A stretch of 64,000 bases of DNA, from assembly GCF_009914755.1 (NCBI RefSeq), contig NC_060935.1; one strand, 5' to 3'. Position 1 is the first letter of the stretch. Each line of letters opens with the position of its first letter. The notes below the pieces were generated by a model. It ran no database searches and was not told the origin of the DNA. It worked only from the letters and a program-made list of their open reading frames with translations. This DNA comes from the human T2T-CHM13v2.0 reference genome, Homo sapiens. Of this stretch, positions 38,506-63,960 are shown one piece after another. Position numbers and translations under genes: made by a program.

Positions 38506-41500
38506 ATACTCCCTTTAAATCCAAAAGTCACCTCTGCTGAACTGGCAGGGAACACAGCTCCTTCCCCTACTGTCAGGAATTAGGGAATAAAATCTGTCTC
38601 ACCATTCTAAGGAATATCTCCCTGCAATTACCTCTGACACGGGAGTTGTGGACCAGGTGCTGTGTCCACAGCCCACGTCCCTAAAGTGGGGGCAGACCAG
38701 GCAGATGGTGCCAGGCTTCTGGCCAGAGGAGGGAGTCTGGTCCCTGAGCCCATGAGCACAGGTGCATCCAAACCTTGAACCAGTGATTGTGTTTGCTGAG
38801 AGGACTGTGGGAAAAGGACCGATGCTTGCTCCTTCCAGACAGATACCCTCTCACCCCAGAGTTCACTCAGGGTAGGAATGCACATGTCTGGCCACCCCTT
38901 GCTGTGCCAGCTGCCCTTCCTGGGCACAGGCTGCCCGACATCACAGCCATGGGGCGTGGATGCCCTGCACATCACAGTCCCCCTCTCTGCCTTCTCCCAT
39001 TCCCTTTTGTCCCCCATCTCCGTGTTTACTCCTGGCACAGAGCCAGAGTCACCCCAACCAAACCCACACAGCTTCTGAAAACAGAGAGCAGAGTGTGTTG
39101 CGGGGGTAACTGCACACGAATGCCTTTCTCTGCTTTGCTTAGTGTGGGGAAAGCCCTTCGTGTCAGGCCAATAACTGGCACTTCCCGGAACGCTGTGGTG
39201 TCAGCAAAGATGAGTCAGAATGGAGTGCACAGCTGCAGCAGCAAGAATGCCCCACTGGGCCGAGCTCTTCACCCGCCAGGGAGCCTACGGAGCCACGTGA
39301 TGCCCCAAGGCCCAGCCTCCGTGGCTGCCGGAGAAGATGTCCTGAAGCCACCTCTTCTCTGCAGTAAAGGGGTGGGCACTCTGTGGGAGAGCCTTCCTGA
39401 AGTCTCAACATGGATGCAGGGCTTAAAATGGCTTCCTGGGATGACTCTCGCTGGTGGGATGACGAGTGCAGCGTCCCTCTAACTTGCCCTGCTTCCTTCC
39501 CACTGCACGGAGCCACTGTCCCATCTGACCCCAATAAGATGGCCACCCACTCCAAGCAGCCACAGGCACCCAGAAGCAAAGCTCTGGGCACACTCCCTAG
39601 CCAAAACTGGAATCACACCCCTTTACAAGTTATCCTTAGGAGCACCCATAGCCAACCCACGGGAGGATCCGGGGCCTCTAACTCAAAAGAAGCTTTGGAC
39701 TTGAGAGCCAGCCCTTGTCACCTGGATTCCTGCAAGCCAGACACCGCCACCTGTAGCCAGCATGGCTCTCCCCTCACAGCCACAGGCCTCCAGCGGCCCT
39801 GCTGAAAAGCGCACGTTCACATTACTGCCCCCAACACCCACCTCGCCAGCAGCACAAGCCTGTCCTCATGCTGGCCATGGGCCCCCACCTGACTCACAAT
39901 ACCCTAGTCACATGGCCCCTCCACCTGCTGCTCTTTTTTTAGGGGGCATGCTCCCCAGATACCAGCAGGCCCCTTAATCCTTCACAGCTCTGCTAGGTGC
40001 CGGCTTCCCCACCAGGTCTTCAAGGACTCCCTGTCCATATGGCGCCCGCCTCTAGACCCTGAGCCTGGCTGCTCTTTCTCTCCGCAGCACCCCTGTCTAA
40101 CACGTGCCCGCATTTCTTTCCTTCACCATCTGCCCCACCGCTCCATCTACCTTATTCACTGCTCGATCTTCAGCATCTACAACTGAGCGTGTGACATTCC
40201 AGATATCAGCTAAAGTTGCCTAGGGCATAGATGAGTGGACAGCAGAATGGCACCACAGAGTGCATGCCACCAGTGGTGGGCTGGCGTTCCCCTGTGGCAC
40301 TGGGCCTCATGCACCCTTCTCAGAAAGACACCTGCACAAGGACCAGTGCTGGGAACCGGCCACAGCCTCTGCTGCTTTGAGCCCCCAGGGGCTTGCTTAG
40401 CAGGAGCCCTGCTGCCCAAAGATACCAGAGACACAAGAACAAGTCACTTTTCACTTCAGCTCTTCCAACAGTCCAAGGAAAGAGAAAGACAGGGGTGGAC
40501 TCTGGCCCCACTGAAGGCGCCTGGGGGGTGCCGGGAGCTCTTGAGGGCCTCTCACCTGCCCCATCCCCACAGTTACAGGCCCAGTGTCAGCACTGACACT
40601 GCCGGGGCTTCCCTCTGAGAAGAAGGAGGCTGCTTACATGGAGATGCGCTCTCCTCCCAACTGGAGATGAGATCAGGGAGGACGGAGGCGGAGGCAGACC
40701 CACAGAGGCAGCTCCAAGCACCCCAAAGCGAGGTCCTGGAAAACTAACTCTAAATAAATATCAGACTCCTACAAACTCTTTTGCAGAGCAACTTCCAGCC
40801 AGGAGACTTCTAGTTTAGCTGGATATTTCCCTCCAACAGCTCTGCAGCTGCCAGCAGGGGTCCCATTTCATGATAAAGAAAATGAAGTTCACTAAAGATT
40901 AGAGAACTTGCCAGAGGGATGGACAGAGCTGGAAGGTGAGCCTTGTCCCCTCACAGATCAGGCCACAGTTCGAAAGCTGTTCCCCAATGCTGACCCTCCA
41001 CATTCCTCTCCCCTGTCCCCTCCCTGAGCCTTGGTCTTCTGCAACTGCTCATGCCTGGGTTGGACTCCACGACAGCAAGAGGGAAGAAGAGACAACAGCA
41101 GCACCCTGAGAAACAGTGACACAGCATCGGCTTCCAGCTGAGACAGCGAGCTGACAGTCACGTGCCTCTCACACTCAGAATGGATTCTGATGGAGAGACC
41201 ACCAGCAACAGCCCGAACACTGACAGTGACGATGGTTGATGAGAGGGGGTGACAGGTGATTTTAATTCCCTCTTTTTCTTCATTGCTCACATTTTCTGCA
41301 GTAAGCATCTGCTATTTTTAAAATGAGAAAAACATCAAATGTCCTAACGGCGGCTGCAGTGGCTTTTGAGTGCTGAGGAAGCAGTCTGGGAACTGAAGCC
41401 GCTGTGTATCCGCTCTCTGGAGACCTGAGGGGCGGCCCCGACGCCCTCCAGGGCTGAGTACCTACACTCACACACACGGCGGCATTTCCTCACGGTAAAA

Positions 41501-42012
41501 CACGCTCATAACATCAGCCCTGTAAAGCTGCAGGCCATTAAGTCAAATGACACTTGTAAAATGTTTAAAAGCTGCCTGGCACAGAGCCAGGGGCCCCATT
41601 TGCCATCATTATTATCATAATCGCTCTGGTATTATTAATGTTATTGTAATAGCCGCATGCTACACACAGAGAATTTCCTGGAGTTTTCCTAGGGCTCACA
41701 CACCCATTTTTATTTAATTAATTTTATTATTTTAAAAGTTTATTACCAAATCTGCCTTGATCTTGGATCACATAATTCTTAAATGTACCGTCTAGAGCAG
41801 GCTAGACGGCTCATCAAAAGGGAACCAAGTCCATGCTTGGGAAGGATCTTCTCAGAGCAGAAAGGTGCTGGTGCCCAGGGAAGCACAGGAGAATGACAGG
41901 CTTCCATGAGATGGACGCAGACAGTCATTTGGGTAATCGTGGTAGCTGCATTTAAGTGTGTCTCGAGGAAACAAATAAAAATAGGTCAGCTTTCAAGTGG
42001 TCATGGGTTTGA

Positions 42013-42765
<753 letters not shown>

Positions 42766-43799
42766 TAAACCTCTCCCGGCTGCCCTGTTTCTCTTCCTGC
42801 GTTCCCTTGAGGCTCTCCCAGGTCCACTCCAGGCATGGCCCTGGTGTGCCTTCAGCAGCAGAACCTGGGGGATCCAGAGAAGTCACATTCTTGGGCTCAC
42901 CAGAGACCTGCCAAATCAGAATCTCTGGGGTGGGCCCAGCAAGTGAGGTTTAAACCAGCTTCCCCATGGGTGGAAAGCTTGCTAAAATGCAGACCCCTTT
43001 ACAGCAGGTCTGAGCTCCTAATAAGTGCCCCGGTTTGGTGGGGGTCTGCACCCCTCACTCACCCTGACCCTTTGCCCTCTGACCCTGCTACTTCAAAGGT
43101 CCCACCAGGGTCCTCATCTTGTGGGTGTCCAGGCAACATCTCACCCTGCAGGTTACTCCCTTTCTGCAAATGTTCCCCTGGTCCCACCCTCTACAGCTGC
43201 TCCTCTTGGGTCCTTCCCAGTGATCCACTCCCTGCCCAAGAAGTGTTCAGAAAGGGGACCGGAAAAAGCCCCCAGACATGAATCGTGGGGAGGAGAGAGG
43301 GGCATGCACCCCTGCTCTCACCAACTAGGAGCCAACACTACCCACTCCCAGAGACCAGCGCCTCCTCCCACAGGTGAGGGCTTCCCCTCCCACTCCCCGT
43401 CCTGATCACCAGCCCCGGAGGTCCAGCTGCAACTCGTTCACAAAGGTGGCCCCCAGGCATCCTCTCTCACCCCCAAGAACAGCATCTCCATCTTCCTCCT
43501 TACTGGGAGGGAGGTTATTCATTATTAGGGGCATCCAACATCCCTCACAATGAGCCTGTGGGGTGATCAGACAGCAATATTGCCACCCAGAGCACCCACA
43601 CTGGAAATGGCTTAATCTCCACCCCAAGGGTACTGCCTAAGGCTCTTCAAATACCCGGAAACATGGTACCTGAGTTCATAGAGGAGCAAACATTTCATGT
43701 GGCTCTGGGGAAAACATCGAAGGGCATCAGCTTTATTCTCGTCTGCCTTAACTCACTGGGTTGAGCTATTGTGAGTCTGAAGAGAATCATCAAAGGCAG

Positions 43800-44050
43800 C
43801 ACAGCACAGCAGTTAAGGTCCCTATTGAGTCAGGCTGCCCAGGTTGGGAGCCTGGCTGTGCCTCTGGCTAGTCGTGATGGTGGACAGATTGCTTGACTTC
43901 TCTGAACCTCAGGATTCTCATCTGTACAAGATGCCGGCAGGATCTTCCTCAAAGGGGTTCCCCCAAGGGTGGCAGGAGATAACAGATGCAAAGCATTTAG
44001 AGCAGTGCCCGGCACAGACTCATGCTGAAAAAATGCTGGCTGTGTTATTA
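43800..44050 (+). mobile_element. MIR relic
   Basis: MIR core-like ttctctgaacctcag...catctgta...aagcatttagagcagtgcc. Confidence 0.6.
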
Positions 44051-44387
44051 TGAAGACCCTTGAATTAAACTGTATAAAAATTAAACTATAAGTCTGACCT
44101 GATGAGCAGCCGACCAAGTGGTATCCCAAGTCTGTGCGGAAAGGCCCTGAGGTAGGCTCCATCTACCCCAGAAACCTCAGAAATGAAACTCATCCTTCTG
44201 AAATAATCAGGCTCTTGGACAGGCACCAAGCCTATGCACCTTCAAGACTGCAAAGGAAAAGCTGTACACCCAGTGAGATCAGGAAAGAGAAATAGACCTT
44301 CTGAGTCAACTTAGGGAAGATGGTACAAAAATGATGGCCTCCTTGAAAAATCTGGGAAGATGGTCACTGAAAGCATTTACGATTGGA

Positions 44388-44662
44388 TTTTTTTTTTTTT
44401 GAGACGGAGTCTCGCTCTGTCGCCCAGGCTGGAGTGCAGTGGCGCAATCTCGACTCACTGCAAGCTCCGCCTCCTGGGTTCACATCATTCTCCGGCCTCA
44501 GCCTCCGAGTAGTCAGGCGCCCGCCACCGCGCCCGGCTAATTTTTTTTTTATTTTTAGTAGAGACAGGGTTTCACCATGGTCTCGATCTCCTGACCTCGT
44601 GATCTGCCTGCCTCGGCCTCCCAAAGTGCTGGGATTACAGGTGTGAGCCACTGCGCCTGGCC
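44388..44662 (-). mobile_element. AluY-derived element with a 12-bp left-arm deletion
   Basis: ttcacc^atggtctcg lacks GTGTTAGCCAGG; TSD TACGATTGGATTTT. Confidence 0.85.
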
Positions 44663-46228
44663 TACGATTGGATTTTATTTCCTGTTCTCATCTTTGAGAG
44701 TGTGTGTGTGATGGGAGGAGGCGATAGTAAAGGCAGGTGGGCCATGCCCTGGGGCAGAAGAACACTGGCTGGAGATGCTGTGCGCAGGCTGAGGACTGGG
44801 CAATCTGCCTGCTGCCCTGACAGCCCGGAGAGGGCAATCCCAACCTATATGGCAAGCTCCAAAAAGAAGGCAATTCTTACAAGGCTCTGAAAACCTAAAA
44901 TTCTAAAGCTATTTTTAAAAACAAGATACAAAACACTACTAATACGTCATTTACGTTCACAAATGAACAAAAACACATTTTTAGTTTGAAAACAAACAGG
45001 CCCTAACTTTCAGCACGGACACAGCACTTAATTGAGTGCCAGGCACTGTTCTACGTCCTTCCCATCTATTAATTCATTTACACTCCATGCTCCAAGGTAG
45101 GAGCCATTACGCATGGTTTGCTGTGGGGCGGGAGGCAGAGTTGGGACCCTGGCCCTTCCAGGGTGGTTCCAGAGTTGGGGCTGTTAACTATGATGCTGTT
45201 TTACAGGAATCTGGGTGACTTCTGAGGGCCGCTTGGCTCTGGGACGGGTGGAGATGGTGCTGGAATCCAGGCACACAGGTAGGGTGGTAGGCGGCGTGCC
45301 TGGAAGGTGACCACCTCCTGCCACTTGGCACAAGAGTGTAGCCCTGTCATCTGGGTGTCCCCATGCCGCCAGATTACTCGGGTTGTCATAACTACCTATC
45401 TATAACCCAATAAACCCTCAGGGGCAAAGGGCACCACCAGATGCTAAGGAAATCTTGGTACGATCTAAACTGAGGGTGGGGGCTGGAGGTGTCTTACAAG
45501 AACTTGCATCTAATTTTTGCCAGCCAAAAGAATTAAAAACTAGATACTGAGAATGTTTCCTTTGGAAAGGCTGCTCCAGACTGTTAGGAATCTGGGCTTT
45601 CTGATTCAGTCTCTTGCCTTTCCAGCACCTAAAATCTTGCTGGAGGGACAGTGAGAGAAGAACCCACTGGTCTCTCAAGGTCTACCCGCTGGTGACATGA
45701 GTGACTGGGGGAGCTGACACAGCTGTGTCCCTGGGGAACCTCCCGGGTTGGCAATAAAATGGGGCAGTAATGCTCTGACAATCAGCTTGCAGTGGACTGC
45801 CTGCGGAACTGGAGATGAAAGCCTTCGTAAAGCCCCAAGCCCTTTTACTGTGTGTACGCGTACCCCTGGCGTCCTCTGCCCCATTTCCCTAAATACCAAC
45901 CTCAGGTGCCCTCCGCCCACCTCCCGGAAGCTGCCAGGTCTGGGCAGAAAACCAAAACAACCCTTGGGCCTTTGTCTCCCCCCTAAAGGCCAGCTGGGGC
46001 AAGAGGGAGCGAGGGCCCGCCCAGGCACCGGCTGGGGAAAGGCTGTTTGATGTAGGGCCACCTCCCGGGGTGAGGATGCAAGGGGACCTCGGCAGGAACC
46101 AAGTGAGGAAACTGAGGCTGGGTGGTCTGGGCAGCGCCCCGCTCGGGCTCGGGTCCCCGCGGGGTCTGTGCTCCAGCCACGGGTCTGGCAGACCCTCACG
46201 CAGGAGTCCCAGGGGTCCCAGTGGCCGT

Positions 46229-46515
46229 CCCTCGGAGCCGGGCACCCGTTGTCCTTCGGATCCTAGGACGTGCCACCCCTCGAACCTCAGGACCCGCCGT
46301 CCCTCAGACCCCGGGCACTGACACCCCTCAGACCCCGAGCACCCCCGCCCCTCGGACCCAAGGACGTGCCGTCCCTCAGACCCCGCGCACTGACACCCCT
46401 CAGACCTCGGGCACTGCCGCCCCTCAGACCACGGACACAGCTGCCCCTCAGAACCCATGCACCCGGGCCCCTCAGACATAAGGACTCGCTGCCCTTCGAG
46501 CCGAGCACCCAGCGC
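46229..46515. repeat. GC-rich 24-bp minisatellite, about 12 diverged units
   Basis: Units such as CCCTCAGACCCCGGGCACTGACAC start every 24 nt from 46229 to 46493. Confidence 0.9.
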
Positions 46516-46564
46516 CCAGTCAGGCCCCCAGCCGCCCTCAGCCTGGCCCGGCCGCGCCGCTCAC

Positions 46565-46589
46565 CCTGCTGCCCGGAGGAATCTGCCAT
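46565..46589 (-). CDS. CARS1: CARS1 exon 1 coding part (MADSSGQQ + 1 nt)
   Basis: GCC-ATG-G Kozak start at 46589-46587; donor G|gtgagc; matches the CysRS N-terminus I recognise. Confidence 0.97.
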
Positions 46590-46639
46590 GGCTGGGAATC
46601 CCGGACCCGCAGCTGCGGCTACAGACACTTCCTAGAATC

Positions 46640-46648
46640 TGATGCAAC
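46640..46648 (+). promoter_or_regulatory. C/EBP-ATF (ATF4) response element TGATGCAAC
   Basis: Matches the TGATGxAAx consensus about 50 nt from the ATG. Confidence 0.7.
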
Positions 46649-46655
46649 CGCCGCC

Positions 46656-46663
46656 CCGGAAGT
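46656..46663 (+). promoter_or_regulatory. ETS/GABPA site CCGGAAGT
   Basis: Perfect consensus in a CpG-island core promoter. Confidence 0.65.
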
Positions 46664-46745
46664 CGCGCCCCACGCCGGGCCCGTCTTCCGGGACACGCCC
46701 GGTCGCTAGGCAACTACCAGGGGCTCCGGATGTCGCCGGCCCGGA

Positions 46746-46764
46746 GCATGCTGGGAGCTGTAGT
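46746..46764 (-). promoter_or_regulatory. ZNF143/THAP11-type motif ACTACAGCTCCCAGCATGC
   Basis: Matches ACTACAnnTCCCA; a weaker second copy lies at ~46821-46835 and a CCAAT at 46770-46774. Confidence 0.7.
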
Positions 46765-47291
46765 TCAACCCAATGGCGACCCGCGCTCCGGAGCATCGCG
46801 CGGCCAAGCGTTCAGTGGCCGTGCTGGGAGTAGTCAGCCCAGCCGCGGGGAGACAAGCACTAAAGACTGAGCGTCCGGTAATAGGTGTTTAAGTCATGAT
46901 TGCGCTAAGCGCCGTGGGGACCAGGCCCAGCCTGGAGGTCAGAGGCGGCCTCGGGACAGGGTGTGCTGGCGAGACGGGATGGTTCCCAGGAGGCCGACCT
47001 GGAGCAGGGCCTGGGGATGGGCGGGAAGAGCGCTCCAGGCCTAGGGACCGCCCTGCCAATGACCCTGCGGAAAGCAAGCCACTATGAAGTGTTGCGTGAA
47101 CAGGCTTCTCCATCTCCTTCTCAGACCCCATTCTGGAGCCATCCCCAACCCCCTTAGGGCTCCTGCCTTCTGTGTGCATGATGTCACCTCCCAAGGATAT
47201 CCCACCCAAGGTTCGTGCACCCATCCAAAATGAGAGGAAATGCTATTTAAGAAACAGAATTTTAATATGTCAAGAAAAATTATTAGCCAGG

Positions 47292-48426
<1,135 letters not shown>

Positions 48427-48629
48427 GGGTCTGCAGAGCGGAACTGGGAAATGATCACCTGCTCAGGTGGCCGAGCTGTGTCTAAGAGTGCTGCAGTGTC
48501 TAGCAGCAGTGGGTCCCGCCTCCCCAGTCCTGCTGCGTCCCAGCCCTACCACCAGGGCAAGGACACTCTCTGAACCTCAGCATCCCCCTGGTGTTGTAGT
48601 TCTTTGGGACAGCACATTGGGTTACAGGT

Positions 48630-49580
<951 letters not shown>

Positions 49581-50113
49581 ATGAGGATTTCACAAGAGCA
49601 CGTAGGGTAAGGACATCACACAGAACCCTGCCTACTAAATATTCCGCAAGTGCAGACCCATCCTGGAAGCTTCACTGGCCTGTTCTGGATGGCTGAGGGG
49701 CTGATGCCTTGGTCTGGCCCTGGGCCATGGGCAGCAGGTGAGTGAACAGCACCTTCCCCGGGCAGCTGGACTTTCCTCGGCCACCAGTGGCCACCGTGCA
49801 GGGCTCTCCCTTGAGTCTCCTAAGGGCCAAGGCCAAGTTCTCCAAGAACGCTGCTCTTTCCATGCCAGAGGATGGACAGTCCCCCTCAGTGTCCATGGGC
49901 AGCAGGGTGTCGCTGGGCCCACTGCTTTGAGGTGACTAAAGCAGAGTGATTTCTTTGCTGGCACAGCCAGCAGCTCAGGCCCTACCCAAACCACTTTTAG
50001 GGAAAGAAATGTCACATGGCCTGCAAGCCAGGGTAGCGCAGCGTTAGAGACGAATACACTCAGGTGAGCTCCCAGCTCTGCTGCCAACTCCCGGGGGGGT
50101 CCCAAGACAAGCC

Positions 50114-51552
<1,439 letters not shown>

Positions 51553-52474
51553 GTGAAGTCCTTTTCCTCTCTGTGCCTCAGTTTCCACTCAGCCGTTTAA
51601 ACAACCAGAATTTCAGTCTTCCAGCACAGACACCTGGGGCTGCAATAAGGTGAATGCAGACACCATGACGCAGGCTAAAACTGGGAGTGCAGGCAGGAAG
51701 GCCTGGGGCTGCCCCACACCCACTCCTGGAAGTTTTGGGGACTTTGCTGCTGCTCATGCAAAGGTCTAAATGCCCAGCTCTGTGCCAGGGCCCTGAGACA
51801 CCGTCAGGCATTTCCAGGAGGATGTGCCCAAACGCCAGCATGGTCCTGACAGGGCTGCCAGTCTCATTTGCCTCTTCTGAAAGCAAAAAGAAGAGACATG
51901 AAATGAATTTCTATTAACTGGGACCATGACTTCTGCGAAGGAATGAAAATGCTTTTAATTCATAACCAAGAAATCCTACTTACATTTGAAAAACTTGTCA
52001 ACCCATTGCTGAACATCTGGGAGAACACGGGGCGGGGGTGGGCTTCGTTAGTGCCCAGCCTGGAACCCCCCAATTGCCCCGAGGACCTCCCTGGCTCAAG
52101 TAGCTCCAGTCTCTCCCGGCTTGATACCAGGAACATCATGGCGCACAGCTCGCGTCCCAGGTCAGCCTTCGTCTTCTGTCTATAATTACACCACCCTCTT
52201 GAACGTCCCTGGACCAGACGTGTATAACAGCACATGTCCATGAGCCGACATCAAGAGGACCATGCTCTGCATACCATCCTGTGGCATGCCCTCCCCTCTG
52301 TGGGACCCCTCATGTTGTGCAGGGACCCCCAGTCCTCTCTCACAGCTGTGCAGTGTGCCGCTGTGGGAACTCACAGCTGTTTACAGCCCTTTCTCTGTCG
52401 TGGACATCTGCTTGGGAGGCTGAGGCAGGAGGATCGCTTAAGCCCAGCGGTCAAGGCTGCAGTGAGTGGAGACA

Positions 52475-54342
52475 CTCAACGCCAGCTGCTGTGAAAGCAG
52501 CCAGGAGGGAGGTTGTACCCTGAAAAGCCACAGGGTCAGAGCTGCCCAAGACCATGGGAACCCACCTCTTGCATCTGCGTGGCCTGGATGTGAGACCTGG
52601 AGTCAAAAGAGATCGTTTTGGAACTTTAAAATTTGACTCCCCCTCTGGATTTTGGACTTGCATGGGCCCTGTAACCCCTTTGTTTTGGCCAATCTCTCCC
52701 ATTTGAAACAGCTGTATTTACCCAATACCTGTACCCCCATTGTATCTAGGAAGTAACGAGCTTGCTTTTGATTTTACAGGCTCATAGGCGGAAGGGACTT
52801 GCCTTGTCTCAGATGAGACTTTGGACTGTGGACTTTTGGGTTAATGCTGAAATGAGCTAAGACTTTGGGAGACTCCAGGGAAGGTATGATTGGTTTTGAA
52901 ATGTGAGGACTTGAGATTTGGAGGTGTCAGGAGTGGAATGATATGGTTTGGGTATGTCCCCACCCAGATCTCATCTTGAATTGTCCTCCTATAACTCCCA
53001 CGTGTTGTGGGGGAGACCCGGTGGGAGATAATTTGAATCATGGGGGTGTTTTCCCCCATACTGTTCTCGTGGTAGTGAATAAGTCTCATGAGATCTGATG
53101 GTTTTATCAGGGGTTTCCACTTTTGCATCTTCCTTATTTTCTCTTGCTGCCACCATGTAAGAAGTGCCCCTTTCAGCCGCGACTGGAGCAGCTGGGACGA
53201 AGGGCACCAAGTCCCTAGGCTGCAAACAGCACGGGGACCCTGGGACCAGCCCACAAAACCATTTTCTCCTAGGCCTCCAGGCCTGCGAAGACCTTTGACA
53301 TGCCCTGGAGACATACCCCATTGTCTTGGGGATTAACATTCCGCTCTCGTTACTCATGCAAATTTCTGCAGCTGGCTTGAATTTCTCCTCAGAAAATGGG
53401 TTTTTCTTTTCTATCATATTGTCAGACTGCAAATTTTCCAAACTTTTACGCTCTGCTTCCCTTATAAAACTGAATGCCTTTAACAGTACCCAAGTCACCT
53501 CTCGAATGTTTTGCTGCTTAGAAATTTCTTCTGCCAGATACCCTAAGTCATCTCTGTCAAATTCAAAGTTCCACAAATCTCTAGGACAGGGGCAAAATGC
53601 TGCCGGTCTCTGCTAAAATATAACAAGAATCACCTTTGCTCCAGTTCCCAGCAAGTTCCTTATCTTCATCTGAGACCACCTCAGCCTGGACCTTATTGTC
53701 CATATTGCTCTTGGGCTTTTGGTCAAAGCCATTCAACAAGTCTCTAGGAGGTTCCAAACTTTCCCACATTTTCCTGTCTCCTTCTAAGCCCTCCAAACTG
53801 TTTCCGTCTCTGCCTGTTACCCAGTTCCAAAGTCACTTCCACATTTTTGGGTATCTTTTCAGCAATGCCCCACTCTACTGGTACCGATTTCTGTATTAGT
53901 CCATTTTCATGCTGCTGATAAAGACATACCCAAGACTGGGAAGAAAACGAGGTTTAATTGAACTCACAGTTCCACATGGCTGGGGAGGTCTCAGAATCAT
54001 GGCGGGAAGCAAAAGGCACTTTTTTTTTTTTTTTTTTTTTGAGATGGAGTTTCACTCTTGTTGCCCAGGCTGGAGTGCAGTGGCTCGATCTCCACTCACT
54101 GCAACCTCCCAAAAGGCACTTCTTACATGGCGGCGGCAAGAGAAAATGATGAGGTGTTAAAGCAGAAACCCCTGATAAAACTGTCAGATCTTGTGAGACT
54201 TATTCCTACCACAAGAACAGTACGGGGGAAACTGCCTCCATGATTCAAATTATCTCCCACTGGGTCCCTCTTACAACATGTGGGAATTATGAGAGTACAA
54301 TTCAAGATGAGATTTGGGTAGGGACACAGCCAAATCATATCA
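52475..54342. mobile_element. THE1-type MaLR element, internally rearranged, with a truncated Alu at 54019-54110
   Basis: LTR 53892-54342 and 5' internal part on minus; 3' internal part and partial LTR 52939-~53170 on plus; ORF 52989..53576 is a MaLR-internal remnant. Confidence 0.85.
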
Positions 54343-56710
<2,368 letters not shown>

Positions 56711-57574
56711 TGAGTCTTTAAGCCCGTAGGCATACACCATCATGATCAAAACAAAAACCCTGTCCAAACCAAACACAAGGATGGCTGGCAGTACAGTCCC
56801 CAGGTCAGGCCTGTGCAGGAGCAGGCTGGTCCCCATCTCTGTCCCACCTCCCATAAAGGCCACCTGTCAGCTAACACTGAGCCTGGACCCTTGCCTTGGG
56901 GTGAGAGCGGCATGACCGAAGTCCTGGCCCACCCTGTGGCAGGCTCTTCTGTCCCTGTATACCCAGTGCCAGGAGGGTCAGTGTGTGACTTGGACCTGCA
57001 CCCCACACTTCTTTCCTCCAACCCCAGCAGAACACAGCCCACCCATCTCAGAACAGGCATCGACCCCCTCTCTGCTCACCAGGGCACTTCCCCTGAAGGA
57101 AGGGCAGAAGAAAACCCCTTCTGGGGAGGGGTAGGATGGTCAAAGGTGGGGAACGGACATGGAAAGGTCTACTCACCCCAGTCGGACACGTCCTCCCCAC
57201 CCAGGGCGGTCTCCAGTTCTGTCCTAACCAAGGACCTGTGGCCTCCCTCCTCCCAGGTTGGAAGGTCAGTCCCGGAAGGCTCTGGAAGGTGTCCTGGGAC
57301 TCACCCACCAGGCAGCATTTTCATCAGAGGTTCTCAAAAGGACACTTATCTGGGTCACACGGGTGGCCATGGTCACCCTCAATAAGAAAGGGGAGATGGG
57401 TGTGAGGGAGAGATACCCCTGCTGCCAGTAGAGCCATGCCATCCCCTGGGAGGGTCTGAGCAACTCTCCCACCAAGTTTGTGGATTTGTAGATTTCACCA
57501 TGTAGCTAAGTCAGTGTTTGCTTTTTCAGTTTTGAAGGAGTGTTACTGGATATACACAATTTCATGATTGTTTT

Positions 57575-57854
57575 ACCAGCAGAGTCGATTCTTATTATTC
57601 TCGGATTCTGTATCTGCAAATCCATCTACTTGTTAAAATGTATTTGTATCCCCCAAATCAATGGCACTTTTGGGGTCACTTGTAAATATGCATGGGGTGG
57701 GGAAAATTCCAACACACTCCTTCCCACTGAGGTCAATTCAGCTGTCACTGTAAATATACGTTCTGTTCAAGTTCTATTCAATAGCACATTTTCCCCATTT
57801 TTGGTGTGTGTGTGTGTGTGTGTTTGTGATTTCACTGTTTAAAATGGCCCTCAA

Positions 57855-57855
<1 letters not shown>
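57575..57855 (+). mobile_element. Tigger-family DNA transposon relic with (TG)n
   Basis: Similar to recalled Tigger-type consensus; subfamily uncertain. Confidence 0.55.
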
Positions 57856-60104
<2,249 letters not shown>

Positions 60105-60174
60105 CTAGAAAGTGTTGGTGGGGAAAGACGTATACACCATAAAGCGACACACAGAGGAACAAGGCCCAGAGATG

Positions 60175-63960
<3,786 letters not shown>

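Larger units (their letters stand above)
46000..47050. promoter_or_regulatory. CARS1: CpG island / TATA-less CARS1 promoter with 5' UTR (TSS probably near 46650-46700)
   Basis: Dense CpG and GC content around the start codon; boundaries approximate; TSS position inferred. Confidence 0.85.

Noticed and set aside
46229-46515. Regularly spaced repeat as a CRISPR-like array
   Set aside because: Contiguous diverged tandem units without unique spacers, in human DNA
56880-57380. Gly-X-Y-like snippets (GDHGHP, PPGTGYTG) suggesting a collagen relic
   Set aside because: Too short and not in a sustained triplet register
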